Source: Octopus vulgaris (Eukaryota). From it: a stretch of 64,000 nt of DNA. The translations under genes were made by a program, and so were the position numbers. Location of the stretch: positions 31,806,001 to 31,870,000 of the forward strand of contig OX597826.1 of the NCBI GenBank assembly GCA_951406725.2, read 5' to 3'. The notes under the pieces were generated by a model. That model did no database searches, had not been told where the DNA came from, and saw only the letters and a program-made list of their open reading frames with translations. Shown here one piece after another: positions 13,330 to 24,596 of the stretch; within the stretch, counting starts at the first letter, position 1; each line of letters starts with the position of its first letter.

Positions 13330-14318
13330 TGCTCAAGTCGAACCTGAGGCGTTAGACAGGTATCAAAACTAAAAGGTAAAAATTAAGATTAGTCAAACCA
13401 CTATCAACACACATGTGTGCGGATTTGATCAAGATAAAATTCGTCCGAAATTAAAACATATATTCATATACCAAACATAGAAAAAATATAGGAATATCAA
13501 AAATGTATACAGATATATAAGTATATGAATATGAGTGTAGAAAGACAGTGATAATAGCAAAAGTGGCCCATTTGGCACCGTGCATTCGTTGCGTCGCAAT
13601 GGCTGCGTTATACAGATCGAATACAGATAAGACGGTTTTTTAAAAGATTTGAAAAGATAGGGAAAAGTTAATAACAGATTTCTAATAAGGTTTCGGGTTA
13701 CAATTTTTGATGATATTCCGGCGGCCTTTTCTGGGGTTCATTCTTCCGGGTAATTAATGAATCTTGAAATGCATATTCGGAGAATGTATCCTTCGTCAGG
13801 GTAGAAAAAGTGATATCCACGGAAGATATGCATTCAGAGCATTGCCCAGGTGGGAGGCAATCGCAAAATTATATAGAAGAATAGGTAAATATATATATAT
13901 ATGCAAATAATGGAGGTCTTTACGAGGGCGGATGACATAAAAAGCGTTACATACAGAATTTATTGAAATTTATATTCGGCAATATATTGTTATAGGTAAT
14001 AAGATATTAAGATGTGCAACACATTCGGACTCATAGTATCTCACGAAAGTAGAGTAATATCTTTGGTTACACGAGTCAATAGCATCGGAAAACTTATCTA
14101 ATATAGAAGAATTGTATGGGCGAAGGATAGTGTAGAATTATTTTGTATACATTCTACATCTACCCTTAATCGTATTGTAACGAGGGACCTCATCTATAAT
14201 AGACCAAGATAGTGTGTAATTAATATTTTGTAATTTTAGATCATATATAGAGACCTAACTAGTGTCGTTGAGTTTATGCATTTTAGCTAACTGAAAGAAT
14301 TTAAATAGGTTGTATACC

Positions 14319-14320
<2 letters not shown>
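13330..14320 (-). mobile_element. degenerate 3' end of a Neptune-type PLE (GIY-YIG C-terminus + 3' repeat with hammerhead relic)
   Basis: Translation IYDLKLQNINYTLSWSIIDEVPRYNTIKGRCRM resembles PLE endonuclease C-termini; CTGACGA 13799-13793 and GAAAC 13694-13690. Boundaries approximate. Confidence 0.6.
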
Positions 14321-14388
<68 letters not shown>

Positions 14389-14444
14389 AAAAAATGAAGT
14401 TCGAAAATGCTGCTATATTATACAATTTTTAATTTTTATATATA

Positions 14445-14490
14445 CATTATAACATGTTTCAGTTCCTGAAATGAACCTTATCAAAAAAAG
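14445..14490 (-). ncRNA. minimal hammerhead-like motif (U3-A8 variant) in the PLE 3' repeat
   Basis: TTGATAA-GGTTC-atttcag-GAACT-GAAAC-AT-GTT; stem I weak. Confidence 0.55.
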
Positions 14491-14622
14491 TTATATATAA
14501 AAAAAGACAGCTCATGCCGTCAAACACAAGAAATTCATTTATAATACACAACGGAGTCAGACATCTTAGAGTTCATGTATAGTTGATACATAGTTTGAAG
14601 TAAGTTCATTCATGCTATATGT

Positions 14623-15348
14623 TCAAAGTGTTCGATACGTTTCTCTAATGGTTTGGCTTTTGTGTACCTTAGGGATACCATAGAACAAACTCGATTTGCA
14701 TTTGAAGTTAGTGATGTATTCATACTCCTTGTTCGTGAGTCCTTCTTGGTATGTGTTGATTAATGTCCTAAGGTTATGCATTATTTTTTGCTGGTTATAC
14801 TGTTGGGCCCTTTCATAATACTTTTCATCTCTTAATAGGGATAGCACTAAATTTTTATAATCGTTTGTATTCATTATTACTATCGTGTTGCCCTTATCTG
14901 CCTCCTTAATTGTTATTGTTTTGTCTTCTCTTAGTTTGATGAGGTCGTTCCATTCTCTTTTGTTGAAGTTAGGGCTGTGTTTTTGTTTCTTGATGAATTG
15001 AAACGGGAAATTAGTTATGTAGTCACAATAGCGGTCTAAGGCTTTATTATTTCCCTTGGTGGGGGTGTAATTGCTCTTGTTTCTAGCTATTGAGTCCTCC
15101 TCTATTTGTTTGTCTTGAAATGCCTCGGTGAGTCTTAGTTTTCTGCAAAATTCCGAAATATCATCTTTCATTTCATAGTAATTAGAACGTTGTGGGGTGG
15201 GTGTAAATTTGAGTCCTTTGGAGAGTATGTTTATTTCGTTAGGTGTAAGTTCTTTGTTTGAGAGATTGATTATCTTAATTACCTGAGGTTTCTTTTGTTT
15301 GTCCTTTGCCATCGTGTGTCCCTGTTCCTGTGTGTAAGGTCTAAAAAA
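14623..15348 (-). CDS. PLE reverse transcriptase ORF, N-terminal part only
   Basis: Motifs above; truncated by the terminal-repeat copy at 14636 before the catalytic DD motif. Confidence 0.8.
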   Translation of the reverse strand, partial: FFRPYTQEQGHTMAKDKQKKPQVIKIINLSNKELTPNEINILSKGLKFTPTPQRSNYYEMKDDISEFCRKLRLTEAFQDKQIEEDSIARNKSNYTPTKGNNKALDRYCDYITNFPFQFIKKQKHSPNFNKREWNDLIKLREDKTITIKEADKGNTIVIMNTNDYKNLVLSLLRDEKYYERAQQYNQQKIMHNLRTLINTYQEGLTNKEYEYITNFKCKSSLFYGIPKVHKSQTIRETYRTL

Positions 15349-16678
15349 TGGTTGGTGTAGTTATGTTCAAAGCTATTATTTATCTGTCTCATGTTGTTAT
15401 AATTGTCAGAGTGAGTTTGTGGTGCTCTGTTCTGGAGTCTGTTGTTGAACCTAGTGTTCCGTCTTAGTTCATCAGGTATATTGTGTTGGTAGTTGTTTCC
15501 TCCGTAGTGCATTTGTTGTTTGTTATGGTTGTATGGTTGGTTCCTGGGGTGGATGTTTGGTAGTAGCGTTTTGGTTTGGTTATGTGGGTTGTATTTTATA
15601 GTATTGTATGTTGTGGCTCTTAGGTTCGTGGAATGGTGTGGTGGGACCCTATAAGTGTTTTGGGGTTGGTGTAGGTAGTGTGGGGTGCGTTTTAAATGCA
15701 TTTTTCTGGTGTAGAGTGTGTTTGGATTTCTTGGTGGTTGTTCTGCTCTGTTGGTATGTCTATTTTCGAACTGGTGTGGTGGGCCTCTGTAGGTGTTTTG
15801 GGGTTGGTGTAGGTAGTGTGGGGTGTGTTTTAGGTGTACTTTTCTGGTGTAGAGTGTGGTAGGATTTCTTGGTGGTTGTTCCGTTCTGTTGGTATTTGGT
15901 TTTGATTTACTTAATTTTATGAAGGGGTTGTTGGATATGTGTTCATTTTTGAAGTTGGTTTCATAATCTAGAAACCAGATGGCGCTCTTTTCCCATCGTT
16001 GGAGGGACTTAAGTTCCTCTTTTTCACATTCTTCATTCCATAGTGCTGGTAATGTTTCAGTATTGATGTCGTCTATTAGTTTGATGACTTCTTCGTTGAT
16101 TTCCTCGTCTATGGTTTTTACTTTTTCTTCATTCGTTTTAGCTCTCAGCTTAAGTAGTTCTATTTTCATCTTCATTTTTTCTAATGACATTTTTTCTCTA
16201 AGTTTTCTTTGTTCTTCTGGTTCTTCCGAGATGGGCTTGATTTGTAATTTACGGGGTATGACTAGGAGTGTTGAGTCTAGCCATTTTTGGTAAATCTCTG
16301 CTTTATTCTGATTTTGTATCATTTTCCAAAAAGCAAATTTTCTGTTTCGCTGTAGTGTTCTCCATTGGGGCGGACTTGGTTCTTTATTTGTAATGTTGAA
16401 GTTGCTCGGTTCTTCTCATGTGTTCCTTCTTTTTGTTGCTCTTGTTTCGTAAAGTTTGTGAAGAATGTCGTCATTGTATCGCATAGATTTTCAACTTTCT
16501 CGAATATTTCGGAGGGTGTTTTATTCGATTCGGTTTCCTCGTTAGTTTGTGTAGAATGTCGAGGTGTTAAGTTGAGTTTGTTTAACACTGCTGTTAGGTT
16601 TGAATTTATGCTTTTCAATTCTTTCAGTATCTCTTCATTTATTGAGGAGATGTCATTGGTGTCTTTTTTAGCAGGCAT
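15279..16678 (-). CDS. PLE ORF1-like protein (coiled-coil, then N/H/P-rich region), split in two frames near 16320-16420
   Basis: 119-aa and 347-aa ORFs overlapping at ATGA; E/K-rich helical segment; two 46-aa tandem repeats. Confidence 0.6.
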
Positions 16679-16804
16679 TTTCGGGAGCTCGTACGTGATA
16701 TGATATTTATAATAGGATTAGCTCGTATACGAGTAGGTATATATTTGTAAAAAATGAAGTTCGAAAATGCTGCTATATTATACAATTTTTAATTTTTATA
16801 TATA

Positions 16805-16850
16805 CATTATAACATGTTTCAGTTCCTGAAATGAACCTTATCAAAAAAAG
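16805..16850 (-). ncRNA. minimal hammerhead-like motif (U3-A8 variant) in the PLE 5' repeat
   Basis: Identical to the 14445-14490 copy. Confidence 0.55.
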
Positions 16851-17452
16851 TTATATATAAAAAAAGACAGCTCATGCCGTCAAACACAAGAAATTCATTT
16901 ATAATACACAACGGAGTCAGACATCTTAGAGTTCATGTATAGTTGATATATAGTTTGAAGTAAGTTCATTCATGCTATATGTTCAAAGTGTTCGATGCAG
17001 TGGCCCACGGTGGCGATACGTATTCAATACAAAAAACAGATCAAAGTGGTGGAAAGCAGTCAATACAGAAGATTGATGTTTCCGAAAGAGCGAGGAATTC
17101 ATTTTTACCTTAAGCAATTGTGATGACCCATGGTGGGTGTTAGCTGGGTGGTTCTAGTGAGTTTTGTGAAGTGCTCGGTTTTATAATGCCTGTTAGGTGG
17201 TCAATCTAGCGTAGCGTGACGTCATCAACGTTTTGACCAATCGTTTCGTTAGGTGGCTTTAGTCAAGCAGAACGGGACGTCATCATCATTTTGACCAATC
17301 GCTGCATTATAACTGCCTCTTGTTTGTTTCCTGTTTTGACCAGTCGCTTCGTTAGTCAAGCAGAACGGGACGTCATCCAGATTCTGCCCAATCACGACTT
17401 ATAGCTACATTAGATCTGCCTCCTGTCTGTACTTGTTAGGTGACTAGTCAAG

Positions 17453-17486
<34 letters not shown>

Positions 17487-17507
17487 GCCACTACACACAT
17501 TTATATA

Positions 17508-17560
<53 letters not shown>

Positions 17561-17562
<2 letters not shown>

Positions 17563-17728
17563 CCACTACACACATTTTCTTTTCTCCTTGTTTTTTCTGT
17601 GTCCCTTTCTGTAGAAGAGCGTAGGCTCGAAACGTAAAATACTTTTTCTATTCTTGAGCGTTATACTAATACATCTGTTTGTTTTGTACACCACCTGTCT
17701 TCGTCTTTTGTTTTTTTTTGTAAACTCT

Positions 17729-17732
<4 letters not shown>
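17561..17732 (+). mobile_element. ~170-bp (TA)n-embedded element with hammerhead-like CTGTAGA variant
   Basis: CTTT-CTGTAGA-A-GAGC-GTAG-GCTC-GAAAC-GTA-AAA; homologous copy at 44225-44398. Confidence 0.6.
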
Positions 17733-17772
<40 letters not shown>

Positions 17773-19322
17773 TAGTTCACATTTTTCTCTTCAGAGAACT
17801 AAGCATTTCATATTTTGCAGGTGATGCAGCTGAAATTGACGTCGATGGAGCCTATCAGTTGCGTGAGATAAACATGCAGCTTCTCAGCAAAGCAAAACGA
17901 CACTCGACAATTTTTTTTATTCAATGACATTGTATATAATGTTTTTATTCGTGTATTCGCATATTTATGTGTCTTAATAAATACACATGTTTAATCAATC
18001 GGCGAATTAGTCCCCTCGGTTAATAAATCCCTCGTTTAATAAATCCAAAATAGGCGGCCTCAAGATTCTTTTGTTGTCTTATCATTTCTATTAATATACA
18101 TACATACATACACACACAAACACACACATATATATATATATATAGGGGGAGAGTTTTATATATATGCATATATACAAACATACACACTCATATTTGTATA
18201 TATTCGAGTGTATGAATTTGTGTTTGCCCTCTCAAATACTGGTATTGGTCTGTTTACTTCTTCGTAACTGAAGGGGTTGTCAAAATACCTGATTAAATAT
18301 AAACCAGATATAAAAATAAGTACTGGGGTCCATTTGTTCGACTAACCCTTTTAAAACAGTGCCCCAACAAAATAAAATGATAAAGAACAAAAAATAATAA
18401 AAGAGAGATATTTGGAAAGAGGCGGGAAAAAAGGAAGAGATAAATTCACCAGTAGCCAGGAGGTGCTGAGCTGTAAAGTAGAAATAGATTTGACTTGGGA
18501 TGCAAAAGGACAATGTGTAGCGACCAATAATATTAAGAATGGAATACTGGGAAACATCAACTGCGGGCCTTGAAACCAGTGAAATGTAATCAATTGGTCA
18601 CATGATTTCCGGACGTCTAGCGTATGCTGCGATCAAGTCTGTTGCTGTGTTAGCTGAGTAGAATGTCGATATTTCTACGCGGAAACGGATAAAAAGCGAT
18701 AAGCGTACATCACATTTGTTACACGTAAACGTATAACAAGTATCATACATAACAATCATCGAACCGTAATGAATGGGAACGTTACCGGGAGGATGTTGAC
18801 ATCTAACTAAAGCATAACCCTGAATGAAGCGGAGATACTGCCGTTGTCAAAGTATAGTGAAATTGAAGCTAGCAAGATGTACGACATAAAACTGAAATTG
18901 AAATTAATGCTATTATTAATTAGTACTAATAATTAATAGTAGATTCACTATAATAACAAAAATATCTATTGAACAATGACATATCCTGCAATGTTACGCA
19001 CAGCTGGAAAGTTGTTTCTATTTAGAACGAGAGAATCTTACAAAATCAATATTCCGCGATCTAACAGTAGCAAATCAGATAATTTGCATGTTAAACAGTT
19101 GTCGCTCATCGATATGCTAAACTCCACTGTCCCACCCAGGGACGATGTGCTGAACATATAACAGTTGTCGCTCATCGATATACTACACTCCGCACAGCAC
19201 AATCTACATAGCAAATATAAAACACACAGCGAAAACAAAACACACAGACACACCCAACAAAGGAATTACTAACTCACATTACACATACTTTTCAGCACAT
19301 AAGAAATACTAAACAAACACTA

Positions 19323-19363
<41 letters not shown>

Positions 19364-21793
19364 ATCTCACCTTCACAGAGATACTGCTCTTTTTGAGGGA
19401 GGAGTGCAGGAGACTACATGGACCTCAGTATGCAACTGGTACTTAATTTAATCGACCCTGAAAGGATGAAAGGCAAAGTCGACCTCGGCCGAAGTTGAAC
19501 TCCGAACGGAAAGATAAACGAAATACCTATTTCTTTACTGCCCACAAGGGGCTAAACACAAAAGGGACAAACAAGGACAGACAAGCGGATTAAGACGATT
19601 ATATCGACCTCAGTGCGTAACTGGTACGTATTTAATCGACTCCGAAAGGATGAGAGGCAAAGTCGACCTCGGCGGAATTTGAACTCAGAACGTAGCGGCA
19701 GACGAAATACTGCTTAGCATTTCGCCCGGCGTGCTAACGTTACTAGCTTGCCGCCTTATGCTAGTAGAATATTACTGAAAACATAAATAATAACAATACA
19801 CTGTTAATGATCTCATAACAGTATTAAATAATTTCCACGTTTTGTAAACCAGCAGAGTATAAATAAATAACTAGTGTACATAACACCGTCAAAGGAATAC
19901 AGTATAGTGATCGTGGCATTGACAATACGAACAATAATTTCATATATGTAAACTGTAAACATTTTTGTTTACACTTGCTTTCATTTAAGATAATTCTTCC
20001 AAACACCTAACATTCATTGTTGAGTATTTCTTCTCCTGTACACGCTTCCACTCACACTTTTAAGTAACTGTATGTTCGTGTTAGTGTACGCTCATGTATA
20101 GGTGTGTATGCAAATATATGTGAAAAGACAAACGTAACGTTAGACGTTAACGTGTTTACAAAGACACGTTGTCATTAAAGCCATTAATATTTGTTTTTTA
20201 AAAAGGAATTTCTACAGAAACAAAGCCATTATATTTACCGATTTGTTCTGTTCTACTTTGTAATAAACCATATGAATGTTTTCACCCGGTTCACGGAATA
20301 ATGATTTCTTTTTTTATGGGGTATTCTTCTTTCTCCCCTCCCGCTGTTTCTCCCACTTGCCTACTGGCAACAACCTCAACCTTTATTGAATCACAAAATG
20401 ACTTAATTGTTTCGACTTCATATTAAACATGCAACATCGCACAAAATGTTTTACTCATCGCGGTTACTCACCTGGAATAAAAGTGCAAACTGTTGACTGG
20501 CGATTTTATCAGTTGATCGGTAAGTTTGTTGAAGCTGAAACCAGTTATACATGTTATGTAGGTTAGTGTTAACAGCTGTAACTGAGAATGCATCAGACAG
20601 CTCAGTTGAAATCAGTATTCAGTGATGCACGACAAAGTTAGTCAAAAACTCATTTTATTTGAATTTTTCTGGCATGTACATACGACACGCAATGCACAAC
20701 CTTTGATAGATCAGAATTATAATATGCAGACTTAATTAATTATTTACTATTAACATTACAAAAGCAGCAGGCCGGATTCGTAAAGGAAACGAAACCGTGT
20801 CTCAGACTCAGTTATTCTTTGTAAGCTTAGTCCGTATTCTAACGGTCTCTTTTGCCGAACAACTAAGTTACGAGGGGGGGGGGGGGGGCTCATAAACACA
20901 CTAGAATCGGTTATTAAACGATGGAAGAGGGACAAGCACCAACACACATACTTAAAAATGTGTGTGTGTGTGTGTGTGTGTGTGTATACAACGGGCTTCT
21001 TTCAGTTCCTGTCTACCAAATCCACTCACTAGGATTTGGTCGACCCGGACCTATAGTAGAAGACACTTGCTCAAGGGGCCACGCCGTGGGGCTGAACCTG
21101 GAACCACATGGTTGGGAAACAAGCTTCTTACCACACAGCCACTCTTAATCCTGTTTTTACTTTTTGTTCTACGGCGTCCCATAATTGAAGTATAAACTCT
21201 CTTTCACCTTGGACCGCACAATACCGACGATGAGATATAGCTGCCTTCACACTACTCTACGGTGTCCCATAAGTGACGTATACCGCTGATAAGATATCGC
21301 GGTCTTCGTACTTCTCTAATTTATTGTATATATCTTACTACCTATATATTAAAGGAATGCAGAGGAAAATAACCACCCTCGCTCGCCGTACTTTTTACCC
21401 GATGATTTTAATTATCAGCTCTGAGATTTTCTTCTTGTGATTATATGAATCAGTAATTAAAGTATCAAAACGATAAAATTAGACAAAATGACATCTTGTA
21501 GGTGAACCACAAATATCTGAAAATAATTGTCTTGAAATTATTTTCAAAACGGCACCACCACCATTAAAATGAAGGACACGGTGGCTTAATCAATCTTACA
21601 TTCATTATTTTCTTTCCTTCTCTCTTTTTGTTTTTTAATAAAAAGAAAAATGATGGTCAAGCTAAAAACTAAACCTACACCTCAGTAACACCGGAAACTT
21701 GACAAGAGAAAAATTTTGACTTCGGGACGACAAGGAAGTAATAAACTGTAGTATTGAATCAATAAACAGTAATATGCTACTGTATTTAGAAAA

Positions 21794-21832
<39 letters not shown>

Positions 21833-21834
21833 CT

Positions 21835-23778
21835 TTTTTTTCTTCTTTCAAATTTGATTCCATTTCTTGCCGAGTGTCTTCCCGACTCCTAGGGCAAAGA
21901 AACTCAGTATACATTGGTAGGCCATTAAACTAAACTCACTAGTTCGTTAATTTTTTTTAAAAGTTAAATTAAAATACATGGGTAGTAATAGTTCTCACAT
22001 CGACAATGCTCTTCTCAATACGTGTGATGTACCAGTTAAGACAATCTTTTGCACTTCTTGCAGGGATGGTAAGCCAGGGATCATTCTCATATAATTTTCG
22101 GTTCCCTTCTTGATCATCCCTAGTGCTCCTACGATCACTGGTATTGTAACCGCCTTGAGATGCCACATTTTCTCAATTTCAATGAGTAGGTCTTTATATT
22201 TTCTGAGCTTGTGAAACTCTTTCGCCGAGATATTATGATCACAGGGGATGCTCATGTCGATCAATAAGCAAACTTTATTGTTTTGGTCTTTCGCAACAAT
22301 ATCTGGTTTATTGGCTTTGATAGTTCGGTCTGTATGTACTGGAAAGTCCCACAGAATCGTTACATTTTCTCCTTCAGTTACAGCTTCAGGGTGGTGATTA
22401 TACCACTTGTCGGCAGTTTTGATATTGTAATGCCGACTTATTAGCCAGTGTAGATATTGGCCAACTCTGTCATGTCTTAATTTATACTCCACTGGTGCTA
22501 AGACTTTACATCCAGATATTAGGTGGTCCACTGTTTCAATCATGTCGTTGCAGAATCGGAATTTTGGGTCTGCTCCATTTTCATCACATTGGCCTGGTAG
22601 TTCCGGGTTAATAGGCTTTGATCTTGAGCAGCCAGGGTGAAACCTTCGCTCTCTGCTTTTAGCCCTGTGCTCCGTAGCCACTGATGGGTTTGCTTCTGGT
22701 CAACTTGTTTGCTGCGGGCCACATATTTGCCGTGCAGAGGTTTCTCCCCCCACCTATCAGCCAATTGCTCGTGCACTTTTTTCGTTGCCATTATTTTCAC
22801 CTTCTTTGCAACAATAGTTGCCGTACTTCCCTCGGGTTGTTCAGTTTGGGTATCCTGCACGAGATCAATAGCAAATTTTTTGCTTTCCTTTATGATAGAA
22901 TGAAGCTTCTTTCGTCTCTCGTGATTTTCCACGAGCTTTAGCATCCAGTCATTCGTTATTTCGAGATATTTGGCCAGTCCAATTGTGGTTGTTTTGTAAG
23001 CTAGTTCAAATTGGATCAGGCCTCGACCTCCTTGGGCTCTGGGAAGGTAAAGGCGATCTACGTCTGCCTTTGGGTGGTGCATCCTATTACAACTCAGCAG
23101 CTTGCGTATTTTCCTATCTATATTCTTTACTTCACTCATATTCCAGTTCAACACATTGTAGCTATAAGTAACAACTGGAACTGCTAAGGAATTTATAGCT
23201 AACACCTTGTTACGTGCATTTAGTTCAGATTTCAGGACTGCACGAACTCTCCTATAACATTCCTTCCTGATCTTCTCTTTCATACTTGCATGCTGAATAC
23301 CAGAGCCTTTATTTATCCCTAAATATTTGTATGTTTGTTCTTGCTCAAGCTCTCTTATGACTGTGTCAACATCTTACACGACTGAATTTGTGGTCTTCAC
23401 TTTCCCTTTCTGGAAAGTGGCCTTGGCACACTTCTCAAGCCCAAACTCCATCCCGATGTCATCGTTGAATGCTTTCACAGTGCGCAATAGGCCTTCAAGT
23501 TCATTATCGTCTTTACCATAGAGTTTTAAGTCATCCATATAAAATAGGTGGCTTGAGATGCCACATCTTTTCGATTAGCAAATCTTTATATTTTCTGAGC
23601 TTATCAAATTCTTTTGCCGAGATATTATGGTCACAGGGTATGCTCATGTCAATCAATAAATAGACTTTATTGTTTTGGTCTTTCGCAACAATATCTGGTT
23701 TATTTGCTTTGATGGTCCGGTCTGTACATACTGGGAAGTCCCAAAAGATAGTTACATTTTCTCCCTCAGTTACAGCCT
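21835..23778 (-). mobile_element. R4/Dong-like non-LTR retrotransposon 3' part (RT end + restriction-like endonuclease), joined to an older RLE fragment at 23552
   Basis: HLFYMDDLKLY (RT), RFC...ETVDHLISGC, RHDRV, KPDIV...LIDMSIP; frameshifts; 3' end at an (ATT)n tract. Confidence 0.88.
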
Positions 23779-24596
23779 CTTATATTGGAAAGGCTCATCA
23801 CGAAAAAAAAATACAAAAAATAAATAAAAAGAATAGAATGGCTGAAGCTTGAATGCTTGAAGGCAAACAACCAACACAACACTAAAAACTAGACTTAGTG
23901 TGTTCACCCATAGCCACATAATTTTGTAATGAAGGAGTTTGTATACCTGTTGTTATGCGTATATGTGTAAGAGGTAGTTTGTTTTTTATCACTTCTCTCC
24001 AGACATTAGGTCTAATATAGGAAAAAATCCTCACTAATACAATTGATAAACGATTCCCACAACCACTTTGACCTAGTTACATCTTTTTTCTTGGTTACTT
24101 TCCAATCTTCTATCAAAACCATCAACCGTAACCATTACTTCTTCAGCTGCTTTGCTTTCATTCATGAAATCCCTGCATCGTGTCATACACCATAACAATC
24201 AATTCTCGTCTCCAAAATGAATGTCTGATCCTGCATCAGTTTAGAAATCAACAACTTTATACCATTCCGTTTCACTGAACTGGATTTACCTGGTTAAGAG
24301 AGGTTTGACTGAAATCTTCAGTAAGGAGGTGCCAAAATTTATATTATAGTCAAACTTTGGAAACATACTCATTGAAGAAACGCTTTTAATCTTGCTAGAA
24401 ATATAGAGCTGTTTATTTGAAGTGACTGACATTAATGTGATAACTAACTTCTAAACGTATATACTAATATTGTATACTCTGAGTAGACGGGAATAATTTA
24501 ACACATTAAATCGATGTTTTCTATATCTGAAATATTTTTCTAGGTAAAAAGAATTACAAATTTATAGAGGAATTTTAACGAAAATCTGTGTTTACC

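Larger units (their letters stand above)
14381..17455 (-). mobile_element. Penelope-like retroelement, internally deleted, two-ORF layout, between (TA)n tracts
   Basis: ORF 15312-14623 has PLE N-terminal/RT motifs INLS...LSKGLKFTP, ADKGN.IV, FYGIPKVHK. ~256-bp direct repeats 14381-14636 and 16741-16996 (one mismatch seen). Confidence 0.88.

Noticed and set aside
15608-16703. Plus-strand ORFs of 84-112 aa
   Set aside because: Antisense shadows of the compositionally biased PLE ORF1.
19093-19195. Repeat ACAGTTGTCGCTCATCGATAT with a spacer, superficially CRISPR-like
   Set aside because: Only two copies, eukaryotic context, no cas genes; a small local tandem duplication.
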